Of a DNA stretch of 64,000 nt, positions 36,973-45,935 are shown in pieces. Positions within the stretch are counted from its first letter, which is position 1. Every line of letters starts with the position of its first letter. The notes beneath the pieces are model-generated. The model had not been told where the DNA came from. It worked only from the letters and a program-made list of their open reading frames with translations, and did no database searches. Source of the DNA: Patescibacteria group bacterium (GTDB lineage Bacteria; Patescibacteriota; Microgenomatia; UBA1400; PJMF01); NCBI GenBank assembly GCA_041747555.1, contig JBGTEY010000013.1, positions 80,814 through 144,813 of the forward strand. Reading direction: 5' to 3'. Both the position numbers and the translations under genes were made by a program.

Positions 36973-38511
36973 ATGAAAAAAACAGCAGCAATTTACGACC
37001 GATGGTTATCAACTTTAGGTGGAGGAGAGCAGGTAGCGTTTGCTTATGCCCAAACACTGCATGAGCTTGGCTACGCAGTCGAGCTACTGACACACAAGAA
37101 GCTTGATATCACTGCAGCAGAAAAGAAAATGGGCGTTTCTCTGGAAAATATAGGCGTCAGATATCTTCCTGAAGCAACCAGCCAACTATTGTCTGGAATT
37201 AGCGAAAAATATGATGTATTTATCAATACCTCACACTTGGATTATTTTCCAAATCGTTCAAAAAATGGCATCTTATCTGTATTTTTCCCGGGTCTTCTGC
37301 GTCTCAACCCGTACGAATATCTCAAGAGAGCACTTTTTATCCCTTCATTCAGAAAACTTTTTGTCTATCCATCACGCTATGAAGGATTTACGCACGATCA
37401 ATATCGTGATGGGAAAATATATAAATGGCTGTCTCATGAAGCTGGCATTGCTTTTAAAGACTCAATTTCACAATTACAAATCACCTTATTTTTTAAATCA
37501 ATGACGTTCGCTGTAATTGACCAAATTACGTTTCAGCTCGATGACGAATCAATCACTCCCAGCAATCGCACTGCAAATCACAACGACAACACTATTGAGT
37601 ATACTTTTACACTTAATGGCACAAAGAACAAAACGCTTAAAATAATTCTTCCTGACCACCCGTATTCTAACGAAATAGCATTGCTTAATTTGACGATCCC
37701 AAGTGTTCGCTACACACTCTACAACCTCTTTAAAAAATTGTTCCCCACGTATGAAATGCGATTGCATGGAGGGCCTGGAGTAACACAGCTATCAGACTTA
37801 AAATCTTATGACAGGATTGTAACTATTTCTGCGTTTTGCCAAAAATGGATCAAGAATTACTGGGCACTTCCCAGTAGTATTTTGTACCCACCAGTAAATA
37901 CCACAAATTTTAGTCCTGCCAAAAGTAAAAAGAATATTATTCTCCATGTTGGTAGGTTTTTTGTTTCAGGCCACAATAAAAAACAATTAGCCTTGGCAAA
38001 ATTATTTAAGCATATGGTACACAAGTATGGCATCACAGATTGGGAACTTCATTTTGTCGGAAGCATCGCCGATGGCGAAACGCATCACAGTTACTTTCAG
38101 CGTGTCCAGTCTGAAGCAAGAGATGTACCAATTTTTTTCCACACCGATACTCCTTTCACAGAGCTTCAGCATATTTTTTCGGAAGCTAAAATTTATTGGC
38201 ATGCGACGGGCCTGGACGAAGATGAAGAGAAAAACCCCGGTGCATTTGAACATTTCGGTATTACTACTGTCGAAGCAATGGCTTCTGGGTGTGTTCCCGT
38301 GGTTATCAGCGGGGGTGGACAAAAAGAAATAGTTACAGCAGGTTCTGGTTTTGTGTGTGAATCAAGAAAAGATTTGGTTGAACAAACATTGATACTCATG
38401 AAAGACGCTAACCTTTTAAAGTCCATGAGCAAGGAAGCTATTAAACGCAGCGATTACTTTAGTAGAGAACGATTCAAAGAACGGTTTAAAGCATTGATTT
38501 CTCAACCATGA
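36973..38511 (+). CDS. Glycosyltransferase family 4 with an N-terminal extension (paralog of 1654..2757)
   Basis: 'EHFGITTVEAMASGCVPVV' and 'KKNIILHVGRFF...IYWHATGLDED' are colinear with ORF 1654..2757. Confidence 0.75.
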   Translation: MKKTAAIYDRWLSTLGGGEQVAFAYAQTLHELGYAVELLTHKKLDITAAEKKMGVSLENIGVRYLPEATSQLLSGISEKYDVFINTSHLDYFPNRSKNGILSVFFPGLLRLNPYEYLKRALFIPSFRKLFVYPSRYEGFTHDQYRDGKIYKWLSHEAGIAFKDSISQLQITLFFKSMTFAVIDQITFQLDDESITPSNRTANHNDNTIEYTFTLNGTKNKTLKIILPDHPYSNEIALLNLTIPSVRYTLYNLFKKLFPTYEMRLHGGPGVTQLSDLKSYDRIVTISAFCQKWIKNYWALPSSILYPPVNTTNFSPAKSKKNIILHVGRFFVSGHNKKQLALAKLFKHMVHKYGITDWELHFVGSIADGETHHSYFQRVQSEARDVPIFFHTDTPFTELQHIFSEAKIYWHATGLDEDEEKNPGAFEHFGITTVEAMASGCVPVVISGGGQKEIVTAGSGFVCESRKDLVEQTLILMKDANLLKSMSKEAIKRSDYFSRERFKERFKALISQP

Positions 38512-40136
38512 CTCGAATACAGCTACTATTCTCAAAAATATGGCAACCACGCATTGTCTTCTTAGGAAGCATTTTCATATTCGTACTACTATTAGCAAAA
38601 AATCCACTCTCTGAACGAACGCTTATTCCCAACTTTGAACCATTTCCCGACACGTTTTATTATGTAACCACCGCGCGCTGCACTCTTGCGGGAAAGGGAT
38701 GGACTCTTTGTCGTCCAGAATCAGCGGATGCAGCTGGCATTTCAAGCAGTGTTGCGCCGCTGTATTCAGCTACGCTAATTCCAGGTTTTATACTTTTTAA
38801 TGATCCTCGATTTTTTTATGCTACCAATGTTTTAATCGCTCTAACTAGCCTTGGCATTTTTTATCTTTTGGCTAAGCGAGTCACAATGAATGCTATTTTT
38901 TTAGCGCTACTCCTTGGCCTATATGTCACAAACTTTTACCTCTACTGGTTCCCAACACTTGCAATGGCAGAAAATTTACTACTACTTCTAGCTCTTTCAG
39001 GAGTTTACTTCGCAACGAGCAGGCCCAGCAAAATAAATAGTGGTGCGCTGGCGGTGATTTCGGTTGGTATCGCGCTTACCAAATTCTCAGCCATTATTTA
39101 TGGTGCTGGATTTTTTGGATTGGGATTGATTCAGTATTTTTCAAACGTTGATAAGAAGAGTTTAAAAAAACATATCGTGTTCCTCGTGTTACTCATATCT
39201 ACACTGAGTAGCATTTTTTATACACGACTCATGGGGTTTGCCCTTGTTGCACTCGACCTATTCTCAAATCCTTCCCAGACAAGCTGGTTCTCCTCTTATT
39301 ACTTTCCCCAGAATAGCTTCTTTTATCTGTCAGCAGTCTTTGGGCAAGTCACAACTGTTTTGTGGCACTCATTGCCACTTGTTGATCCGTGGTTGGCAGT
39401 TGGCGCCCTGATTGGTGGTCTCTTGGGCTTTTCAAGAGCTAAAACGAAAACTATCGTTATCTTTAGTGTTTTGCCATTGATCTTTCATGTGCTGTTTATG
39501 TCCTTCTTTTATGTCGCAGATGCAAGATATATTATCTTTGCCATACCACTAGTACTTCTGCTATTTGGCATTTATCTGGAGAGAACTCATGAATTGTTTT
39601 TAAAAAAATCGGGTGAATGGGTTTTTTATGGAATCCTTGGCATAGTGACCGCACTAATACTGGTTTCTATTCTGCCACGAATCAAATCTCAGGTATCGCT
39701 CAACCTTCGATATGCTGAAACACCATGGTGGTACATTGCAGTTAAAGAGATGAATACTTTTTTTGAATTGCAGAAATCAGGTAACACGCATTCGCCAACA
39801 CCTACAGTGATTACACTGATTTCGCCGTACTTTATAGATTTTTATTCCAACCAAACATATTCAGTATTGCCCCTTGATACGCAGCAAGATTTTAGAGGGC
39901 ACAAACATGCTGTCTGGGGTAGTCATGTCAATGATGACCTGCACCAAGTCTACTCGAGCTATCTAGCTGAAGACGAAGACCTGTACATCAGCAACTACGG
40001 AACGGCAGGCTCAACAGCATTTCGAGAGTCGTTTGAGGAAATTGAGAAAGCATTTACACTCACGAAGGTCCAAGAAGGCTGTCACAATCTCTGCAACATC
40101 TACAAGGTATCTGAGAAATCGACGCAAGCTGAGTAG
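38508..40136 (+). CDS. GT-C fold membrane glycosyltransferase-like protein (PMT/ArnT-like, divergent)
   Basis: Multi-TM with the C-terminal motif 'VITLISPYFIDFYSNQTYSVLPLD', which is shared with the 1162-aa fusion protein and the 3659/5278 family. Confidence 0.55.
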   Translation: MTRIQLLFSKIWQPRIVFLGSIFIFVLLLAKNPLSERTLIPNFEPFPDTFYYVTTARCTLAGKGWTLCRPESADAAGISSSVAPLYSATLIPGFILFNDPRFFYATNVLIALTSLGIFYLLAKRVTMNAIFLALLLGLYVTNFYLYWFPTLAMAENLLLLLALSGVYFATSRPSKINSGALAVISVGIALTKFSAIIYGAGFFGLGLIQYFSNVDKKSLKKHIVFLVLLISTLSSIFYTRLMGFALVALDLFSNPSQTSWFSSYYFPQNSFFYLSAVFGQVTTVLWHSLPLVDPWLAVGALIGGLLGFSRAKTKTIVIFSVLPLIFHVLFMSFFYVADARYIIFAIPLVLLLFGIYLERTHELFLKKSGEWVFYGILGIVTALILVSILPRIKSQVSLNLRYAETPWWYIAVKEMNTFFELQKSGNTHSPTPTVITLISPYFIDFYSNQTYSVLPLDTQQDFRGHKHAVWGSHVNDDLHQVYSSYLAEDEDLYISNYGTAGSTAFRESFEEIEKAFTLTKVQEGCHNLCNIYKVSEKSTQAE

Positions 40137-40156
40137 GGCATTTTCATGTAATTTTT

Positions 40157-40165
40157 GGTATAACT
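40157..40165 (+). promoter_or_regulatory. Extended -10-like element (TGGTATAAC), 10 nt upstream of the ATG of the 1162-aa gene
   Basis: A direct sequence match in the 39-bp intergenic gap. Confidence 0.3.
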
Positions 40166-40175
40166 GATCCAGCAC

Positions 40176-43100
40176 ATGGCACTCATACGCACATTTCTCA
40201 CATGGTTGGATAAACACGCACTTTTTATAGTGAGTGTTTTTTTATTGGCATTCATCCCACTCTTTCCTAAAATTCCACTTTTTGACGCGCTCCCAGGTTA
40301 TATAGTACGTGTGAGAATTGAGGATATTTTAGTCTTTTTGACGATGCTGATATGGGTTCGCGAACTATGGCTTGGTCGAATTCAAATGCGGTCGCTCTAT
40401 ATTTGGGGAATTGTTTCGTATATCATCGTTGGATTCATCTCCCTCATTCTTGGAATCTTTTTACTTGAATCTATTCCACTTGAACTGCTGCATATAGGCA
40501 AAAGCGTACTACATTACTTTCGATACATCGAGTATTTTTTACTATTCATAATCGCGTACTCAGCAATTAGAACCCAGCATCAAATCAAAATTGTAATCAC
40601 TGTCTTGTGCATCACTGTCTTTGGAATTGCCCTCTACGGCTATGGTCAACAACACTGGCAACTACCTCTCTATTCAACGATGAACAGAGAATACAGCAAA
40701 GGTGTCGCCCTCTATTTACAGGAATTTGCCCGACCACAATCTACGTTTGCTGGGCCATATGACCTTGGTGCATTTTTGGCTTTTGTGTTGCCATTTTTAT
40801 TTTCATTGCTGATAGTACAACTGCAAGATAAGAAGACACGATTCAAGTACCTAACTGGTTTATTAGCGCTCGCTCAAGCTAGTGGGCTCTGGATGCTCAT
40901 TGCGAGTGGTGCCAAAACAGCACTGGCTGCATACTGCGCTGGAATCGCAGTTGTTGTACTTCTAAAGCTATCGAGTCAAAAATCATACCTAAAACAAACG
41001 CTTTGGGGTGGAGGAGCACTACTTGGTCTTTTGCTCTTAGTGGTTATTATTATCCAGTTTTCTGGTACAACGACCCGTGATTATCTACGCACCCTTTCGG
41101 CTCAAAACCGAGTCACCCACACCGCATATTCACTAGTAGCATTTGAAAGTATAGAATCTGCAATCCCATCTTTAGGGGATCGTCCAAGCGATCTCTATGG
41201 TGCAGGGCATGAAATTAAGCGTGTAGCAACTGAATCTGCAGATGGTGTTGCGGGGTATATTGATGTGCCAACCAAAAGCATTTGGTCTGACAATGCGCTG
41301 AAATACGGCATATCCATGGGAATTCGACTTGATACGTTGTGGCCAAATGCTATCAAGGGCTTTTTCGCTAATCCACTAACAGGAAAAGGTTACGGAACGC
41401 TTGCCAAAACCGAGTCACAACAATTTACAGAGGCAGACAGTACAGACAATAACTACCTTAGGGTGCTGGGGGAGACTGGATTACTTGGATTTATTGCTTT
41501 TTTTGGGTCTATTTTTATTTTGCTTCGCCAACTCTTTCATACCAAAGCGTCTACAAATGCACTCCAGTCTGCCTTGTCAATTGGTCTGGCTGCTGGAGTA
41601 TCTGCAATGCTCATCAATGCACTGTACATTGACGTCTTTGCTGCCTCCAAAGTAGCCTTTACCTTTTGGGGACTTGCGGGATTTGTAGTCGCCACGAATC
41701 AATTGCTGCAATCCAGTAATTTACAGTCAAAAAAGCCATCTGAGTCACTCAAGCACAATGACAATTTCCTACATTCAACATTTGAAAAAAATATATTTGG
41801 CAGTATCAAAGATCACATCACCCGCCACAGCAGCGTTTACCTTGCCCTTTTAATCCTTTTTTTCATGATGCACCAAAATCCTTTTGCAGATAATACTCTT
41901 CTTAAAAATATTGGTGATACGCCCAGCGCAGTCGAAGAAGTAGTTGCTGCTCGCTGTTATTTAGCTGGACTGGACATGACTATCTGCAACACGCAAACGG
42001 GAATATTATTAAAATCTCATCATTCTATCTACAGTTATCTTTTGGTTCCATTTTTATCTGTCGCCAAAGTGCCCACTGCATTTTATTTTGCTAACGCAAC
42101 AATTCTTGTTATTTCACTCCTAATTACCTACGGGTTGGTGCAAGTAAGTCTCGTGAAATGGCCAAAAAATCGCACACTACGAATGCTCATTGGTTTGGGA
42201 ACAACACTTTTGCTAATCAGATTCTTATCAAATTCGGAACAACCATTCACCACTACCGAAACTATTATTTTCTTGCTCGGTATCCCAATTGTTGCCATAG
42301 CAATGAGCATAAGCACAAGCGTACTCACATCTAAAACAAGTACTGCCGTTCGAAATGGCTTTTTGGTGTTTGCAACTCTGTCCTTACTAGCGAGTGCTCC
42401 ATTAAGTTCACTGTCAACTCGCTTTAGAAATGATCAAATCCCGCACAAGTATAAGGCAATTGAAAGAATTAACCTCAGCTTTGATGAAAATTTTGTAGTT
42501 CAAAACCAGTCTAAGCCATATGTTATTACGACACTCAATCCGTATTACATAGATTTATATAATACTGGGGGCACATATCTACCGCTACCACTCACCCGTT
42601 TTCAGAGTTATTTTGATCATGCCAGTGCCGCATGGGGTGACAGTGATTACAATGACCTCATGGGAACTTACTCAGATGTTTTAGAAACTGAACACCGTCT
42701 CTTCATTTCTGACTATGGACTGGACAGTGATCCAGCCAATCAAGCAGCATTCGATCAAATTGCAAACGATTATTCTCTTCGATTTCATGCTATCGACTGC
42801 GATGAGCGCTGCAATCTATACAGTATCACCCCTAAAACTGCCCAGATTTCTCCACAGCCCCAATCAATCAATCCCTACATACTTAATCTCAATCAACTGA
42901 GCTCAAATGAAAATGGATATGAATTTCGTATTTTTAGCAACCGATATAATTCAGATCTGCCCTCTATAAAGCATAACACTAGAACATACGCACAGCGCGT
43001 AGCTGAAGCTTCATCCCAACCTTCACAATTTAGTATTGTAACCGGTGATACTGGCGTTAGGGGTGATGGGGGACAGTGGGAGTATTTCCTACAACTTACC

Positions 43101-43664
43101 GAAGCAACGCATAACTACCCACTACTATATAGTCCAGGAAATTTTGATGTTATTCCCAGAAAATATGCGAGTACAACAACTCAGATTTTTTATACAGAAA
43201 GAGATTTTTTCATTCTTGCACCAGTTAAAAATAACTCAACTATTGATCCAGTCGACCAGCTGGATATTTACAATGCGCTACTAAGTATTGAAAGCATGCC
43301 AGAAATTAAAAATGTGTTCTTAATTGCCCATGATCTTGATTGGCAAAGTAATTCTTCGGACCAGAACTTTTTACCAAGGTTAGAAAATAGAATTAATCGA
43401 CTTACAGACAAAAAAGTCTACATTTTTACTAGCGACCACACGCCACAAACTGCCAAGCCTAATCAACAATACGAGCAGTTAATCAAGAATGCTCCTGTCC
43501 ACATCGAGTATAATGCCAGTCTTATTTCTGGTACTCAAAATGACATATATCTTGAAATCAAGGTTGACCAAACTGGCGCAGTGCTCATCTCTCCACAGTC
43601 GCTACCACTTCTCAGTGAGCAAATTGAGCTCCTCAACTCCACTGTCCAGGACACGTCAGAATGA
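40176..43664 (+). CDS. Giant fusion membrane protein: N-terminal O-antigen ligase/polymerase-like domain (Wzy_C-type), central GT-C-like multi-TM module, and a C-terminal soluble domain with degenerate metallophosphoesterase-like motifs
   Basis: The N-terminal roughly 510 aa are paralogous to ORF 53652..55334. The middle segment (...VITTLNPYYIDLYNTGGTYLPLP...) is paralogous to ORF 38508. The C-terminal part has 'FSIVTGDTGVRGDGG', 'YSPGNFD' and 'YIFTSDHTP'. Full details are in the finding at the same coordinates. Confidence 0.6.
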   Translation: MALIRTFLTWLDKHALFIVSVFLLAFIPLFPKIPLFDALPGYIVRVRIEDILVFLTMLIWVRELWLGRIQMRSLYIWGIVSYIIVGFISLILGIFLLESIPLELLHIGKSVLHYFRYIEYFLLFIIAYSAIRTQHQIKIVITVLCITVFGIALYGYGQQHWQLPLYSTMNREYSKGVALYLQEFARPQSTFAGPYDLGAFLAFVLPFLFSLLIVQLQDKKTRFKYLTGLLALAQASGLWMLIASGAKTALAAYCAGIAVVVLLKLSSQKSYLKQTLWGGGALLGLLLLVVIIIQFSGTTTRDYLRTLSAQNRVTHTAYSLVAFESIESAIPSLGDRPSDLYGAGHEIKRVATESADGVAGYIDVPTKSIWSDNALKYGISMGIRLDTLWPNAIKGFFANPLTGKGYGTLAKTESQQFTEADSTDNNYLRVLGETGLLGFIAFFGSIFILLRQLFHTKASTNALQSALSIGLAAGVSAMLINALYIDVFAASKVAFTFWGLAGFVVATNQLLQSSNLQSKKPSESLKHNDNFLHSTFEKNIFGSIKDHITRHSSVYLALLILFFMMHQNPFADNTLLKNIGDTPSAVEEVVAARCYLAGLDMTICNTQTGILLKSHHSIYSYLLVPFLSVAKVPTAFYFANATILVISLLITYGLVQVSLVKWPKNRTLRMLIGLGTTLLLIRFLSNSEQPFTTTETIIFLLGIPIVAIAMSISTSVLTSKTSTAVRNGFLVFATLSLLASAPLSSLSTRFRNDQIPHKYKAIERINLSFDENFVVQNQSKPYVITTLNPYYIDLYNTGGTYLPLPLTRFQSYFDHASAAWGDSDYNDLMGTYSDVLETEHRLFISDYGLDSDPANQAAFDQIANDYSLRFHAIDCDERCNLYSITPKTAQISPQPQSINPYILNLNQLSSNENGYEFRIFSNRYNSDLPSIKHNTRTYAQRVAEASSQPSQFSIVTGDTGVRGDGGQWEYFLQLTEATHNYPLLYSPGNFDVIPRKYASTTTQIFYTERDFFILAPVKNNSTIDPVDQLDIYNALLSIESMPEIKNVFLIAHDLDWQSNSSDQNFLPRLENRINRLTDKKVYIFTSDHTPQTAKPNQQYEQLIKNAPVHIEYNASLISGTQNDIYLEIKVDQTGAVLISPQSLPLLSEQIELLNSTVQDTSE

Positions 43665-44956
43665 AGGAAGCTCTCAGCACAATCTCCAAGCATACCACTC
43701 AGTCTACATCTGGTCTCACACAATCCATTATTAGCGTCGCTGGAAATGGCGCATCAATGACTGTTTCAGCTGTTGCAATGCTTCTACTATCTCGCTCACT
43801 GGGGCCAATTGATTTTGGAGTGTTTAGTGTTGGATTCGCCCTCGTGCTTATTCTCAATAAAATAAATGACTTAGGACTCACACTTGCGCAACTTAAATTC
43901 ATTCCACGGATGTCCTCGGCTCAAGATCAAAATGAAGTTTTTTCATATGTAATCAAGCTCAAACTATCAGTCACTGTGGCAATTGCCATACTCGGTACGC
44001 TGTTCACACCTACACTGAGCGGACTCCTTGATTTTCCTCACACCAACATACTGTACCTTGCCTTCTGGCTTAATGGACTTACCGTTCTATTTGAACAATT
44101 GATGGTGATGCTGCAGGCACTCCATCGATTCACCGCAGCTGCAATCTCAGGTGTCATTCAAGCGAGTGGAAAATTTATTACAGCAATTTTAGTTGTATTA
44201 TTTTTTCCTAAAAATATTCTACTAGCATTTATTACCTATGTTTCTGCACCAATTTTGCCCGTTTTATTCTTAAAGTACTTACTCCCAAAGACGGTTATCT
44301 TGACTCGAAATTCTAAAAAAACTACAGATCATAAAAAAATCATTTCTATGGCAGGTCATTCTGCGGTTGGTTTTATGGCGTTGGGTATCATTGAGAATAT
44401 CGATATTTTATTTGTTCAGCGTTACCTTAATGATTTTGAGACGGGACTATTGGGGGGAGCAGGGAAAATTGCGATGTTATTCTCACTCTCTGCGTTTGCT
44501 CTTTCTACGGTACTGAACGCGAGGGCGGCTCGATATCATAAAAAATCCGACCTCAGAAACTTTATCCGAAAAGGCATACTTCTCGCGTTAGCGACTTCTA
44601 TTGGCTATGCCATACTGGCACCGCTGTCTGGATTACTGATCACACTGTCTATCGGACCAGAATATGCTGCCGCACAAACTTTGTTGAAAATTTTATTAGG
44701 TGCTTCTTTTCTGACTATCATCACAACACCGTTCACGGCAATTTTCTTTTCATTCAAGGGGGCAGAGTGGTACTTTTCGGCTGGAGGCGTACTACAGTTG
44801 CTATTAATAGTCATTGGAAATGCAGTGCTTGTTCCACAATTTGGATTATTAGCATCTGCATGGACCCGAGTAGCAACAAAGGCACTGTACTTGCTCTTCA
44901 CCCTAGTGGTGGCTACGTATTACGTTCGTTCCATACATTCTGAAAAAACTGAGTAG
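43661..44956 (+). CDS. Wzx-like flippase (MOP superfamily polysaccharide biosynthesis protein)
   Basis: 431 aa, about 12 TM helices, ATGA overlap with the upstream gene. Confidence 0.6.
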   Translation: MKEALSTISKHTTQSTSGLTQSIISVAGNGASMTVSAVAMLLLSRSLGPIDFGVFSVGFALVLILNKINDLGLTLAQLKFIPRMSSAQDQNEVFSYVIKLKLSVTVAIAILGTLFTPTLSGLLDFPHTNILYLAFWLNGLTVLFEQLMVMLQALHRFTAAAISGVIQASGKFITAILVVLFFPKNILLAFITYVSAPILPVLFLKYLLPKTVILTRNSKKTTDHKKIISMAGHSAVGFMALGIIENIDILFVQRYLNDFETGLLGGAGKIAMLFSLSAFALSTVLNARAARYHKKSDLRNFIRKGILLALATSIGYAILAPLSGLLITLSIGPEYAAAQTLLKILLGASFLTIITTPFTAIFFSFKGAEWYFSAGGVLQLLLIVIGNAVLVPQFGLLASAWTRVATKALYLLFTLVVATYYVRSIHSEKTE

Positions 44957-45935
44957 TTTTCTCAATTCCTGACTCGAAACTGGTTGTAGGCTGCCATGAC
45001 AGAAGCGCATTTGCTCGAGAAATATCGGGACATCGACGAGTGGGATCATCTTGTGGTAAATCTTTAAATACAAAATTTGGTTTCACCCCAAAAGCTGCTG
45101 CAATTCGTTCTGCGGCATCGAGCACCGTTCGCTCTTCTGGATTACCCAAATTAATAGTTTCACCCTTAAGACCATCTGCAAGTGCGAATGTAATAATGCC
45201 TCTTACTAAGTCATCAACATAACAAAATGATCTTGTTTGGGAACCATCGCCGTACATTTCAATTGGCTTGCCTTCTAAAATCTTTAGCGCAACATTGGGG
45301 ATTATTCGCCCATCATAAAGATCCATTCGAGGACCATATGTATTAAAAATCCTCACCAATCGAGTATCTAAACCATATTCTCTATGAAAAACACCACATA
45401 CAGCCTCACCAAATCGCTTTGATTCGTCATAGCAGGAGCGAACACCATTAGGATTGACATTTCCCCAATAGTGTTCGGTTTGGGGATGTTGGAGGGGATC
45501 ACCATATATTTCTGATGTACTGGCAAATAATAAAATTCCAGAAGGGTTATTTTTCAGCAAATACTCTGCCAGATGATGCGTACCAAATGCATTCACCGAA
45601 TATGTCTCGACAGGATATTTTGAATAGACTGGGGGACTAGCGGGGGATGCAAAATGCAAAATAATGTCAGGTATCCAATTAGCGGGGACGTATTTATCTG
45701 GAGCTTGAGAAGCATCTGCTTCAATAAATGTAAATTCATCCTGATATGTATCTTCAAGATGTGAAATATTGCTTCGTGAACCTGAAATTAACGAGTCCAC
45801 ACCGAGCACGTCGTGACCTTGGGCCAGCAATTGTTCGACTAAATGTGAGCCAATAAATCCTGCTGCACCAGTAATGAGCACGCGTTTGGATGTGGAGTTT
45901 TCAATCATATAGTGACTCATTGTAACAAATGTCAT
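44913..45935 (-). CDS. UDP-glucuronate decarboxylase (UDP-xylose synthase, UXS family)
   Basis: 'VLITGAAGFIGSHLVEQL', 'LFASTSEIYGDP', 'YDESKRFGEAVC', 'RIFNTYGPRM' and 'GDGSQTRSFCYVDDLV' are nearly colinear with eukaryotic and bacterial UXS. Confidence 0.85.
   Translation of the reverse strand: MTFVTMSHYMIENSTSKRVLITGAAGFIGSHLVEQLLAQGHDVLGVDSLISGSRSNISHLEDTYQDEFTFIEADASQAPDKYVPANWIPDIILHFASPASPPVYSKYPVETYSVNAFGTHHLAEYLLKNNPSGILLFASTSEIYGDPLQHPQTEHYWGNVNPNGVRSCYDESKRFGEAVCGVFHREYGLDTRLVRIFNTYGPRMDLYDGRIIPNVALKILEGKPIEMYGDGSQTRSFCYVDDLVRGIITFALADGLKGETINLGNPEERTVLDAAERIAAAFGVKPNFVFKDLPQDDPTRRCPDISRANALLSWQPTTSFESGIEKTTQFFQNVWNERNT

Noticed and set aside
43021-43660. C-terminal domain of the 1162-aa protein as a bona fide metallophosphoesterase
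   Set aside because: The metal-ligand positions are substituted: GDTG instead of GDxH, GNFD instead of GNHD/E, and SDHTP instead of GHxH. I therefore report only a degenerate phosphoesterase-like resemblance inside the fusion-protein finding.
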